A stretch of DNA of 64,000 nt from Octopus sinensis (lineage: Eukaryota). The number at the start of each line of letters is the position of its first letter. Within the stretch, counting starts at the first letter, position 1. The stretch is from contig NC_042997.1 in assembly GCF_006345805.1 (NCBI RefSeq), positions 13,640,001 to 13,704,000 on the forward strand. The letters run 5' to 3'. Under the pieces are notes generated by a model, which did not search any database, was not told the origin of the DNA, and saw only the letters and a program-made list of their open reading frames with translations. A program made the translations under genes and the position numbers. Positions 51,285 through 64,000 of this stretch are shown here, piece after piece.

Positions 51285-51747
51285 CCGTAAAATGTTTGCA
51301 AGGGAGGTCATCGCTCCCATCTTCAGCCTTACATGATACTCATAGACCATGATACATTTAATGGCTGTTGATGAAAGCTTCTCCACTCGCAAACACTAAG
51401 TGACATATAGTCGCTCATCTCGTATAGATAAAATTTGTTCTACAAATCTTAGCTCGATATAAACGGTAATAATACCGAATAGTAAAGTTTATTTGCCAAC
51501 AGAATGTGGCGATCCTATACAGGACAATGCTACTGTTTAAGCTCCAGGAAAACATCTTTTTCAGCTGGCTATCGACACACAGCCTGTATCCGTATAGTGT
51601 TTTCAAGGGAGGTCATCGCTCCCCCAATCCAGCCTCGCATGAGAATGTGAGTCGATAGCTAGCTGGGAAATATGTTTTCCTGGGGCTTAAAGAACAGTAA
51701 CATCGTTCTATATAGGACCGCCACATTCTGTTGGCAAATAAACTTTA
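51285..51747. mobile_element. Cluster of degenerate hammerhead-like units (F6) and an inverted repeat
   Basis: Direct repeats gggaggtcatcgctccc at about 51302 and 51607 (minus strand CUGAAGA-U-GGGAG-loop-CUCCC); inverted arms 51483-51581 and 51646-51747. Confidence 0.55.
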
Positions 51748-51758
51748 ATATATAGACA

Positions 51759-52190
51759 TACTAGCAGTATAGCCCGGCGTTGCTCGTGTTTGATTTTTAG
51801 TTGCGCCTAAAATGGCAGACTTAGATGTCGCGTTAACAAAGTTTTGACATAGTTTCAATCTTTTTTGAAAAGTAAAAGTTTTGCATTATATAGCTTGTTA
51901 TTCTCTTTAAGTGAACATTTTTCTGGTTGAAATACACCGAAAAATGGCGACACAGCAGTCAAAAAATCGTAAAAAAATGGGATTTTCATAGAAAAAACGC
52001 ACCTTTTTGATATAAATAATTTTTGGTCTTAACATGGTCCGGTTTGAATTTTTTCTTCTACAGAATGAAGAGCAAGTCTATCATGATCTCAGTTTTGATC
52101 AACTTGTGCCGCAGGGTCTCGGAGGAGATAGTGTTGAAGGCTACCAAACCTACCCTCCCCCACACACACAGATAACTTCAGCTTTATATG
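51759..52190 (+). mobile_element. Helentron/HINE-like element
   Basis: Same first about 30 bp as 14836 and 35149; unrelated interior. Confidence 0.55.
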
Positions 52191-53100
52191 CATGTATATA
52201 TATACATGTGTGTGTGCATGCATAAAATTGGGAGAGGGGAAGTTTAAATAACAGATATGAGTAAGGATATTTTCGAATTAGATGTGTAAGTTTATTGTTT
52301 TGGGGTATGCTTTCTGAGTTTTCTACTACAGATTACATATAAGCTCACTCATTATCTAATTAAATTGCGTTGAGTTATGAATCTGACTAAATTAAATATA
52401 GCAAAACGCATTTTATTACATGTTGGATCGTCATGGATTTCAATGTAAATATATTTTAAATTTACAATAAAATGAAATTAAACTTCATTGTACAAGTATA
52501 CAATTTCTCTAATACTTTACTGATTTGAAAGTTGTTATAAAATGTATACGTTTGTCTATTTAGACTAAGGATGCATTTTCTTTGTGAAAACAATATAAGA
52601 TGATGCCCGAAGATATTAAGACAATGTTTCTAACAAGCCAGCATGTAGAAAAGCTTTGTAAAACTCCCGTGAAATTTCTGTTTAAAAGGCAATCCAATTG
52701 CATAACTGAAGGAATGAATAGAAGACTTGTCTGAATAAGGTCGTTAAGAAAATGCGTAGAAAACAGGACAGCTGTCTTGACATGCACTTCACACACAAAA
52801 CTCCCAAATACATCATTGACTATCTATAAATTCAAATGAATCAGATTATTTCTCCAGGTAGTCAATCGACATTAAAAAGACAATATATTGTGGTATCCAA
52901 GAATAAATAAACAACATAATTCAGCCCGGAGGTACTATTAGGTTGTTTCATATGAAATGTCGCATTTTTAATTACTTGTTATTTCAGTTATTTTAAAAAA
53001 AAGAACATAATTATGTATACCTTGATTCTTTTCCTTTCCCAACAATATTGGAATACAAAATTCGTAATTACAGACCTTATGAAAATGATAACAACCAAAC

Positions 53101-53418
53101 TATGTTGAGTGATTTTCTCGTATGAGTACAAACAGGGTGGGTCACTCTGCCGCAAAAGCTCTACGGAATATCAAGCGGGCCTTTGGTAATGGTCTTGTCG
53201 ACATCAGAACTGTTCACAGAAGTCGCGCATCATTCCGGTTTTCATTTAAAATAATTAAAGCATTTTATTTTATTATATTGTTTTCTGCATGTTTTATTGT
53301 AGAGGGTGCCCGATTTGAGCATTTGTTACAATTAATTTCAATAAAGTGTTTTTGAAATTAACAAGGGTGTATTCTTTTAAAAAACCACAATGGTGCGCAA
53401 CTTCTGGTACACCCTGTA
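53101..53418 (+). mobile_element. Mariner N-terminal remnant plus Tc1/mariner-type terminus
   Basis: YEYKQG..HSAAKALRNIKRAFGNGLVDIRTVHR (mariner HTH); ends ...tacaccctg-ta. Confidence 0.6.
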
Positions 53419-53433
53419 CATATATATATACAT

Positions 53434-53569
53434 ACCGGAGTAAACACATAAATGTGAAACAAGGTAGAAAAAAGAGTACTCAAATACTAGTGATAGAGTA
53501 ATATGCTTTATTTAAAGCAGCAGAAAATTCAACAAAACCTGTTACTCTGAGTTTCCCGTTGCCGTTCAT
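53434..53569 (-). mobile_element. F5 pseudo-LTR remnant with 5'-truncated hammerhead
   Basis: Minus strand: [cug missing]AUGA-ACG-GCAA-CGG-GAAA-CUCAGAG-UA|acagg; (TA)n replaces the 5' part. Confidence 0.6.
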
Positions 53570-54004
53570 ATATATATATATATATATTGTTTGCAGAGAG
53601 AATGTGTTTACTACATAGCCATGGATCTACAGTCCTTTATCATGAATTCATATTTATGTGTATTCATTAATGTTTTTGCTGAAAATTATTTCACTTCCAT
53701 GACTTAAATATTTATCGCCAGAATTGCAGTAAAGTGATTTTCAACGGGGAAGACCATTAACGTAATTCTTGTCATTAGATTGAAATGTTATACTATTTTA
53801 GTGGTTAGAAAATCAACTTGGTTTTATATATTTAAGTTCTAAATATATTTTAATGAAATGCAGAAAGAAAATACGTTTGTTAATATAACATACTACACTC
53901 AGAAATATTATGAGGGTTTCACGAAAAGTCGTAAGTCACCCTTTCTAAATATGTAAGTCAAGGCAAGTAAATAGATATCATGGAACAGGACACTATATCA
54001 TTAC

Positions 54005-54300
54005 GGCACTCCGTCGGTTGCGACGATGAGGGTTCCACGTGTATCCTTAACGTAATTCTTGGGGAGATTCAGCGTGTACCCTTAACGTAGTTCTCGGGGA
54101 GATTCAGTGTGACACAGTGTGTGACATTGCTGGCCCTTTGAAATACAGGTACAACAGTAACAGAAAGAAAGAGTGAGAGAAAGTTGTGGAGGTTTGGGTG
54201 TTTTCACTCAATAAAAACTCACAACGGCCGTCTGGGAATCGAAACCGCATTCCTATGACCGGGAATCAACTGCCCTAACCACTGAGCCATTGTGCCTCCA
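54005..54300 (-). mobile_element. SINE family D with internal deletion and 35-bp tandem duplication
   Basis: Head homologous to 9117-9325; duplicated unit at 54038-54072 and 54073-54107. Confidence 0.85.
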
Positions 54301-54309
54301 CCACACACA

Positions 54310-54443
<134 letters not shown>

Positions 54444-55254
54444 ATACATATACATACACACACACACACACACATAATGCATGTTTGTGTATGTGTGAAT
54501 GTGTGAATGTATATGTATGTATGCATGCATGCATGCTTGCCTGCATGCATGCTTGCCTGCATGTGTGTATGAAGGTCTAAATGTGTTGGTCATGGCTCTT
54601 AACGTTCTGATTTCGTATGCCATCAAGATCATTTCTTTTCGTTTATTCTCGCAAGTACTAATTAACCAGTAATTAGTCTTGCGTTGGCTTATCATGCGTA
54701 TTAACTACAAATCTATATTCTATATTTTCCTTACACCTAAAACAGAAAAAAATTTAATATCAATGTCATTCTTATGCATCATTGCTACAGGGAGCGAAAA
54801 CGTCTTCGGCCACCTTACTAGAAAGAGCAGCCAATTCTTCCACAATTCACGCATTGCCGTCGAAGAGAATTAAGAACATGTTGGATGATTTGGTTCTATA
54901 TAAATTATGACCACTGTTAAATGTCTTTGAACATGAGAGTGAAGGAATTCTTCACTTCAGTCTTTAGGAATAGCAGATAGGGAAGAAATACAACTCTAAC
55001 TATCTTTCAGGTTGTTTCCATGAATACTATTGAGGCAATGTGAATGAAATGGTTAATGTATAAATCGAAATACAAATGTCCCTGTCATTCTGATGCCCGA
55101 CAGTCAACCTCACTATACACAAATATACACACCTATATACATATATACATATATGTGTGTGTGTATTTATATATATTTGTGTGTGTACGTAAATGTATAC
55201 ATGTATATATGTATGTATATGTATATATATATATATATATCCGTATTTTTAGTA

Positions 55255-55455
55255 TGTGACCTCGTGAAGACTACCTGCAATTTTTTTCCTCTGTCCTCCC
55301 GTCTCGGGATCTTTTTTCTCCTATGTTTCCGACGAAGAGCTCCGCTCGAAACGTCATACCCTCCTTCTTCCCTTCTTTCCTGAGCGTCCAATAATACTTT
55401 ATTTGTTCCACATCCTCGCGTTGTTGTCTTTTTGTTTTCTTGTTTGGATTAACTT
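55255..55455 (+). mobile_element. F1-related pseudo-LTR remnant
   Basis: Microsatellite-flanked; contains the hammerhead motif at 55325-55360. Confidence 0.55.
55325..55360 (+). ncRNA. Minimal hammerhead motif (F1-related), core variant U4C
   Basis: CCGACGA-A-GAGC(ucc)GCUC-GAAA-CG-UC; stem I imperfect (gttt/atac). Confidence 0.5.
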
Positions 55456-55529
55456 TATATATGTATATATATATATATTATATGTAGAAAAATACAAACT
55501 GGGACAGAACGTAAAACATTTAGAAGACG

Positions 55530-55583
<54 letters not shown>

Positions 55584-56743
55584 TCAGACACGCACAGACA
55601 AACGCACACGCAAATCAAATACATATATGTATGTATCTATATATTATCTGTATATATATAAACTCCTGCATACACATATGTACATGCAGGCGACCACACA
55701 CATACGCATAAGAAAGATGTACTAATTATATCCTGTTTAGCTAAGCGCTGTGTATTCATAGCGGATTAGATTGTGTGATACCCATAATGCTCTTAAGGAT
55801 ATAACTGCTAAGTGAAATAAATTAACTCCCAATAAGGTGTATTACCATTTCATGTAAATACCACAGGAATAAATATGCAAAGTAGATCTATATTCCAAAT
55901 TCCTTTGTATATCCATAATTAATGACAAATTCACTAACACATTCCCGCGCAGAAATATACATATATGCGTATCTTAAGACGTAGATATATGTATATAACT
56001 TTAACAACAAACACACGCGCACACGAATACGTATGTGTTTTTATGTGTGACAAATAATTATATATAAGGTTTTATCTTCCATCTGCGCATATTTCTATGC
56101 AAAATATCAAATGAATGCCGTAAGTAAACAAATAAACAGAAATCTGCTGCAGTAATTAGATATTTCACAACACTTATGCACATGTCTTGCTCAGAACGTA
56201 TATCTGTGATAGTATTATACATTTTGATATATATTATTTATATTTTATTTTGGTACGTGTTTTTTTTTTTTTTGGTTCTTAATAATATTCTTCTTGCTTT
56301 TTGAAATCGAAAATGATCAGAAATAGGTAAATAATTAAATGGGAATAATAATTATACTTTGAGGGAAATGCTACTTCAAATTATGAACGCAGGCCAGTTA
56401 TAATTACAACTCCTCTTTTGGTACTCTTGGCTAGAATATTTATTACCAGTAAAACCCCGATTTCATTTATTTCGGAGATATAACGTTCCCATCCTACTCT
56501 TTCTCCTCGTTTATTTATATATTTACATTTCTGATGACTTTCTTTGTTATCGCAGTAATTTAGCTCCCACTTGCCTTCGTTGCTTCCTTTTGCGCTATTT
56601 TGTGTCACTTATTTTTACTCCACGTTTCTGGCAGGCATCGATTTAGCTCTCTGCTCTGTAAACGCCTTCTTCGAACTAATCTCACCGTTCCTTTGTCTAT
56701 CAATTTCTCCCACTCCCACCATCCCTTTCTCTTTTTCCTATTT

Positions 56744-56800
<57 letters not shown>

Positions 56801-56984
56801 GCGCGCGCGCACATCCATACTACATATGTATGTATGCATGTATGTACGTATGCATATGTGTCTGAGTGTGTTTAAGCGCATAATTGTACACATACATACT
56901 TTTCTCTTTCTCTCTATATTTATGAATCTGTCTATCAATCAGTATACACACACACACACACACACATATATGTATGTATGTATT

Positions 56985-57202
<218 letters not shown>

Positions 57203-57712
57203 ATGTTTCTTTATTAGCCACACAGGGCTGCACACAGAGAGGACAAAATTACAAGGTAGAGCTTTTCTTTTGGTGGTAAAAGTAGGGGGTTTGGTTTTCG
57301 ATCAAAAGGGATCGTAAATGGAAAGAAAGAGGACAAAAAAAGGGGGGATAAAATAAAATAAAAAAACAGGGGGGGAATTTGATCAATAGGGATCGTTATC
57401 ACAGAAATGTCAATATGAAGTGTAAAGGGGAGGACAGGTGAGGTTTACCCGTGGAAAGAAAAGCCTACGGAAAAAGACCACGGTAACCTCGGTCAATGAA
57501 GTCACATGTTATATTTCTTTTTTTTTTTTTTGCAAATAAGCAACTCTCTGTATTAATTTTTACGGTTCATAGAATCATAGTCAAGGTAGCTTCGTCATTC
57601 ATACGTGCCATCCTTGCTACATTCGCCCATCTGTTTTTAAAATATTCACTAGACAAAACTTGCCTCTCTACTCTCACTTTCCTCTTCAAGTGATACTTGA
57701 AGAAGTTGATGA
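57203..57712 (-). mobile_element. L1/Tx1-like LINE 3' end
   Basis: FFKYHLKRKVRVERQVLSSEYFKNRWANVARMARMNDEATLTMIL* then a 3'UTR ending aataaagaaac at (ATCT)n; clade assignment is by resemblance only. Confidence 0.55.
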
Positions 57713-57735
57713 GAGATATATAGATATAGATATAG

Positions 57736-57766
<31 letters not shown>

Positions 57767-58049
57767 TGTATGTATGTATGCATGTATATGTATATATATA
57801 TATTAACGCACGGTAGCGCAAACACCAAAGGAATATTTATCCATACTTCTATGAAATCATCTGCCTATTTTCTGTGTCTCTCTATATATGTATCAAGCAG
57901 TCTACAAACGTGTATGCGTCGGTGCTTGTGTATATCTTTGCTTATGTGTACACACATAAACAATGATAGGCACATGTGTACTTGGAAACATATATAAACA
58001 TATAACTGTATGAACACACACGTATGTAATGCGATTTTCTAAATATACA

Positions 58050-58420
58050 TACTCTTTTACTTGTTTCAGTAATTTGACTGTGGCCATGCCGGAGCACCGC
58101 CTTTAGTCGAGCAAATCGACCCCAGGACTTATTCTTTGTAAGCCTAGTACTTATTCTATCGGTTTCTTGTGCCGAACCGCTAGGTTACGGGGACGTAAAC
58201 ACACCAGCATCGGTTGTCAAGTGATGTTGGGGGGACAAACACAGACACATAAACATACACACACACATATATATATGATATATGTATATACATATATACG
58301 ACGGGCTTCTTTCAGTTTCTGTCTACCAAAGACACTTGCCCAAGGTGCCACGCAGTGGGACTGAACCCTGAACCATGTGGTTCGTAAGCAAGCTACTTAC
58401 CACACAGCCACTCCTACGTC
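58050..58420 (-). mobile_element. SINE family A with internal deletion
   Basis: About 40 bp of the post-B-box region is missing at about 58330. Confidence 0.9.
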
Positions 58421-58784
58421 TATACTGATTAACATAACTCTAGCTAATGTTTGTGTGTGCGTGTGTGTGAGAGTGTGTGCTATCACAAAAACTGGGCAAA
58501 TGGGGAGATAACCAGTAACCTTTGATCTTGGAGTTCCTTGTTTCCGATCATCAGACGATAGTGATTATTAAAACTATTTTACAAATATTTATATACTTAC
58601 ATAGGAGAATATAAAAATAGAGCAAAACATGCGAAAGTAAAACATTCTATTCATTACACGTTGTCTTATTTAACCCTTTCAAGAAAGCAACTAAAACGGA
58701 AGAGAAGTAAAGTGAGGAGACAGGGCTATGTATTTTTCTGTCATACAAGAATACGAATGTCTTTTGAAATGTTCATAGGCTGAT

Positions 58785-58940
58785 CAAGACACAACATATC
58801 CCTCCTTGCAGTCTACAAACTTCTTCCATCAGTATTCCAGTGCTTGGATTCTGTTGGTGGAGAAGCTTTCATCCTGTTGGTCAAAAAGCTCAGCAACAGC
58901 AGATATAACTTCATTCTCACTGCGATACTGGTTCCTGTTA
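58785..58940 (-). mobile_element. Mariner transposase C-terminal remnant
   Basis: NQYRSENEVISAVAELFDQQDESFSTNRIQALEY*WKKFVDCKEGYV. Confidence 0.75.
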
Positions 58941-59156
58941 TGTTTTTGTTTTATGTTTGGTTTTTATGTTGGTGAACAGATGATAGTCAGATTGGGTTAA
59001 ATCTGGAGAATAGGAGTGAGCAACCGAAAGTAGCATTCAACGTGGAGAATGATTCAAACACCTGGAAAATATATCTTTTTAGTGTTAATGTAATCGTAGT
59101 CTACACCTCAAAAATGCACCCTTGTAAAATTTCATTAGAATATCGTTTTTCAGAAA

Positions 59157-59549
59157 GGCGGCGAGCTAGCAAAAACGTTAACACAGCGGGCGAAATGCTT
59201 AGCAGTATTTCGTCTGCCGTTACGTTCTCAGTTCAAATTCCGCCGAGGTCGACTTTGCCTTTCATCCTTTCGGGGTCGATAAATTAAGTACCAGTTACGC
59301 ACTGATGTCGCTGTAATCGACTTAGTCCGTTTGTCTGTCCGTGTTTGTCCCTTCTGCGTGTAGCCCCTTGTAGGCAGTAAAGAAATAGGTATTTCGCCTG
59401 TCTTTACGTTCTGAGTTCAACATCCGCTGAGGTCGACTTTGCCTTACATCCATTCGTGGTCGATAAATAAAGTACCAGTTATGTACTGGGGTCGATCTAA
59501 TCAACCGCCTCCTCCCTAAAAATATCGGGCCTTGTGCCTAGCATAGAAA
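59157..59549 (+). mobile_element. Dimeric SINE family B with about 21-bp TSD
   Basis: Full unit to 59387 plus a headless second unit with a different tail; agaatatcgtttttcagaaag (59137-59157) vs agaatattgtttttcagaaag (59550-59570). Confidence 0.85.
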
Positions 59550-60826
59550 AGAATATTGTTTTTCAGAAAGTTAAGAAGACAAATTCGTGAGTGTCGGTGC
59601 CAAACTGTAGTTAACTGTAATTAAGTTACAACTTCGTAGGCAATGCTTAATATGGAATTACTGTTTAGTGGTGTAAGTTAAGCTCAAACGGCATCTTCCA
59701 TCTGCAAAAGACACTCGCATTAGTTAAACTTTAAACTAGGAGTGAATGAAATCGTGTGTTACTCACAGTTGATTGAATAAGTTAATTTTGTGTGTGAATT
59801 TTGTATATGTAACTATTATTTTAAGAGTGTATTAAAAGAGTGGTATTAAAAGTGTAATTTACATAGTTCATGTTAGAAGTAAACATGAACTGAGTACTAT
59901 ATATCCCTGTATTATGTTATCGCCATTACATCCATCATTATTGAGCAGTGACTGAATTGTTTATATGCTGGTAAATAACATACCGTTATAATTGAATAAA
60001 TAAAATAATAGCAAGGAAACTATAAACCAAGAACTAATTTATTACAGTTAAAATAATATGAGACATAGACTGTCTAAACTATTCATAATTAGCGTATCCA
60101 TCATTTGTGGTAAGCCATATTGACATTCACATGACAGGAATGAAGATAGAAATATTCACGCTTTACTCAAGGGCATTAAAAACGAAAGTGAATAAAATCA
60201 AAAACTTGATCGCAGACTCGTATTACCGGAAACTTCTAAGCGACAGCTCCCACAATATTTGTTTATATTCGTGGTTTTATTCACACTTACGAAAAAATAT
60301 ATATCATGCTTATATGAAGATATTCGCATTTCTTATGCATTTCATTTAAAGAACAATAAATAGAGAATCTACTCATCTATCAATCAAAATGACCTATGAA
60401 GTTATCAATAAATGATTTATTCATCATCTATCAACTTTGCCTATAAAGGTATAGAAAATACTTCTTAGAAAAAATGTTTGTCATGAAATTATTTAAAATT
60501 TATAATGCTTAAATCATATATACACAGTGATAACATAGAAAAGTAATAAAGCTAGTTGCCACATTTCCTTGTATATACATTTTAAAGATGACTAGTTATA
60601 GTTTCAAATCTTAACCGGATTTCGTTTCCAGTATTATTAGAATACATTTATGCATGTTGTTTAAGTGTATCTGTAAACGTGTAAAGTAATCACGTTGTTC
60701 TTACCGGGTGTAGCATAGATATTTTACATGCGCAATATATGCATAACAAAATTTAGAAAGTGATATACCAAAGGAGAAAAAAAACCGAAGACAAGCACAC
60801 ACACACACGCATATATATATATATAT

Positions 60827-61022
60827 TTCCTTGTTTCAGTCATTTGACTGCGGTCATGCCGGAGCACCGCCTTTAGTCGAGCAAATCGACCCCAGGACTT
60901 ATTCTTTGTAAGCCCAGTACTTATTCTATCGGTCTCTTTTGCCGAACCGCTAAGTGACGGGGACGTAAACACACCAGCATCAGTTGTCAAGCAATGCTAG
61001 AGGGACAAACACAGACACACAA

Positions 61023-61050
<28 letters not shown>
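60827..61050 (-). mobile_element. SINE family A 3' half (split by insertion)
   Basis: Ends in the central microsatellite; the complementary 5' half is at 63530-63769. Confidence 0.88.
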
Positions 61051-61054
<4 letters not shown>

Positions 61055-61055
<1 letters not shown>

Positions 61056-63560
61056 AAATATTATTTGAGACAAAACCACTATTTTGCAAAACAAACAAGG
61101 AAAGACTTAATCAATACATAAAATTTAAATTGACAAAACTCCCCCATACCCTATTTACACCTACATAGTAATCCCAATATATTCTTCCATACATGGACGC
61201 AAGTGCGTGAAGCACATGAACATAATTAGTACGTACAACCCCTAATACACACTATATATACGTATCAAGCTCGACCTCCACAGTGATAAGTTTACCACAA
61301 TCACCCCAGATGGGTGAATTGCACAACCATGAATGCTCACACATACGGGCGCGATTACATTGTTGCATATATCGAGCCAAAATAGTATGCATATGTACAT
61401 GTGAGGGGTACACGTAAATGAAGTGAGCGTGTACCCCCTGTATTTATACCCGTGCGTGAATATACACATGGAGACTACCACACAGGTACAAATGTGTTAG
61501 AAATGGGAGCCCCATCACTACACTTAATGTATACTCTCACCCATCCGCACGATGTGTAAGTGTATCTCCTGTGTATATGTTGAGGCTTATATGTAGAGTT
61601 GTTGAAGGGAACGTCGGTGAAATTGTGAATGAATGGTAGAGTTGGGAATTGTAACCGGTGGTGGGACTAGTGTTGCTTGGAATTGTGAATGGATTAGGGT
61701 GGTAATGGGGTAGGCATTGAGTATGGGTTACTGTAAGTTGTTTGTTAGAGTTGCTAGGGTGAGCTAAAGCTCATAAATGTATATAATTGATTTTTCATGA
61801 TAGTTTTTAAAGAATCCATTCATAATAAATTTTTTTTAAGTAGCGTTGTTGTTTGCTACGTGGAAATAGTTTTTAGTTCCATTTATTATATTTCTCCATT
61901 CATACTATGAATGACGTTTACTTTCTATGGCGCGTATTGTTTTTTACATTAGTTATTTCCATGGTAACGTAATTTTGTTTGGTTTTTTTAACTGCTAAGA
62001 TCTAATTTCACTTCATAAGTTGTAACTGAATTGTAAGTATGTATTTGATTTATCCTTATGTAATGTTATTTTTGATTTCTGGTTAATTACGATGTATTTA
62101 TGTTGTTTTCATAAGAGTGTTTATGTATATGAGATGGTTGGAGTTTTTAATTGTATAATTAATTTATTTATCTGTATGAGGTGGGTGTAAATATTGTTGT
62201 ATATATCGAGTTTTAGTGGTATGTATATGGTATATGTGAGGAGCAATGTATCTTGTGTGTGTGTGTTTTGCGTGTGTGTGTGTGTGTGTGAATGTGTATT
62301 TGGGTTGTTATTTAGGATTTGGGGATGCTGTGTTAATTTGTCTGTGTGGGAGGGAGTGGTTTTTGGTGTATATTGAGGTTTATAGTTAGTATAGGTTTGT
62401 GTATAAGTCTTGGGTCTGTGGTTTACGTGTGGGTTTTTTTTGTGTGAATGTTGCGGTTAGGGGGATTGCTATATAAGTTTGTTATAGGTTTAGCAAAGGG
62501 AGATTTTATCGTTATATGCTTTTATGAGTTTTGGCTTATCATGGTTTTTTTTAGGTATTCGTGGTATTTTGTCTATTTTAGGTGTTGGTTATTTTTTACA
62601 TTGTTTCATTCATAATTTTTGAGTGGTGTTTTTTTGCCACGTGAATAACCGGGTGGTGGACTAGCGTTGCTTGGAATGTGAATGGATAGTGTAGTAGTGA
62701 GGTAGGCATAGAGAATGGGATTGGGTTACTGCAAGTTGTTTGTTAGAGATGCTAGGTGAGTTAAAGCTCATAAATGTATATAATGTTTTTTGTGGTGTGT
62801 AAGTATTGTTGTATATGTCGAGTTTAGTGAGTATGTTATAGGCGTATTGTGAGGGGGGAGTATATGTATCTTTTGTGTGTGAGTGTTTGCGTGCGTGTGA
62901 GTGTGGGTTTTGTGTGTGAATGTGTATATGGGTTTGTTATTTAGGTTTTGGGATGTATGTGTTAATTTGTCTGTGTGGGGGGGGGAGGGGTTTGGTGTGT
63001 ATATTGAGGTTTATAAGTTAGTATAGGTATGTGTATAAGTCGTGAGTCTGTGTGTTTACGTGTGTGTATTTGTGTGTGAATGTTTAGGTTAGGGGTGTTA
63101 CTTTATAGGTTTGTTATAGAGTTTAGCAAAGGGAGATTTTATCGTTATATGTTTTTAAGAGTTTTGTTTTATCAGGGTTTTTTAGGGAATTCGTGGTAAT
63201 TAGTCTATATTTTCGATATGGATTATATATAGGTTATATATGGATTATATACTTATATTTTTTTTCATTTATACTTTAATTATTTATAAGTATTATTTTT
63301 ATATTTTAAAAAATTTGATTTTTTAGATTGGAAGTCCACCTGAAGATTGTCGATCAAGACAAGACGATTGTAGTGGCGGTTTTTTTGACTATTTATTAAT
63401 TTTATGTATTGATTAAGTCTTTCCTTGTTTGTTTTGCAAATAGTGGTTTTGTCTCAAATAATATTTTTATAATATTTTACTATAAAATTGGATTTAATTC
63501 CTAATCTTTTTTTTTTTTCCCTGTAAATTTGGATATATTCCCTAATATTTATTATATATA
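61055..63560. mobile_element. About 2.5-kb Penelope-like insertion with inverted terminal segment and internal noisy tandem duplication
   Basis: 61056-61125 is the reverse complement of about 63400-63466; F3 hammerhead remnant at 63336; the minus strand twice gives ..K.KL.K.YNDKISLC*, loosely like PLE ORF C-termini. Confidence 0.5.
63336..63376 (+). ncRNA. F3 hammerhead remnant (GAAA disrupted)
   Basis: ccac-CUGAAGA-UUGUC(gaucaa)GACAA-GAC-GAUUG-UA-gugg; stems I and II intact, A13/A14 region lost. Confidence 0.55.
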
Positions 63561-63769
63561 TATATATATATGTATATATATAGATAATATATATGTATGT
63601 ATATACATATATACACGACAGGCTTCTTTCAATTTCCGTCAACCAAATCCACTCACAAGGCATTGGTCGGCCTGGGGCTATAGCAGAAGACATTTGCCCA
63701 AGATACCACGCAGTGGGACAGAACCCGGAACCATGTGGTTGGTTAGCAAGCTACTTACCACACAGCCAA
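63530..63769 (-). mobile_element. SINE family A 5' half (split by insertion)
   Basis: Head with A/B boxes running into the central (TA)n. Confidence 0.88.
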
Positions 63770-64000
63770 TCCAAACATGAAAACACAAAGAGAAAATACT
63801 GGCGGTACCACTACATGACCACAGCCTTTACACACACACGAGTGTGTGTTTGTGTGTGTGTGTTCGTGTGTGAGTGCTCGTGTGTGTGTGTCTGTATTTT
63901 CGTGGGCGTGTGTGTGTGTGTGAGTGTGTGTGTAACTACGTGTTTTTATAGACTAGACACGGAAACCATTCTTCTATTAGAAAACCAGAAGCCAGATAAA

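Overview
Eukaryotic, AT-rich, microsatellite-saturated genomic DNA. The repeat families and the (TA)n/(GATA)n/(CATA)n density look like a coleoid cephalopod (Octopus-like) genome; this is pattern recognition, not a database result. Almost all ORFs in the supplied track are microsatellite translation artefacts. The window is dominated by mobile elements: four tRNA-derived SINE families (my labels A-D, about 20 copies), two R4/Dong-clade LINEs with RT and/or restriction-like endonuclease remnants, RTE, CR1/L2-group and L1/Tx1-like LINE ends, several Tc1/mariner remnants (one with 49-bp TIRs and TA TSDs), three Helentron/HINE-like elements and several foldbacks. The most distinctive signal is a set of at least six sequence families of minimal type-I hammerhead ribozyme motifs in (TA)n-flanked, Penelope-like pseudo-LTR remnants. 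Five of the families have a palindromic or near-palindromic stem III; one copy (36354-36432, minus) has an intact core and one (46836-46881, minus) is nearly intact. No host gene is recognisable with confidence. There is a low-confidence chain of phase-compatible minus-strand exons (about 10.7-20.1 kb) with one in-frame TAG, and a plus-strand signal-peptide-like exon at 50679-50776. No rRNA, true tRNA gene or CRISPR array was found.
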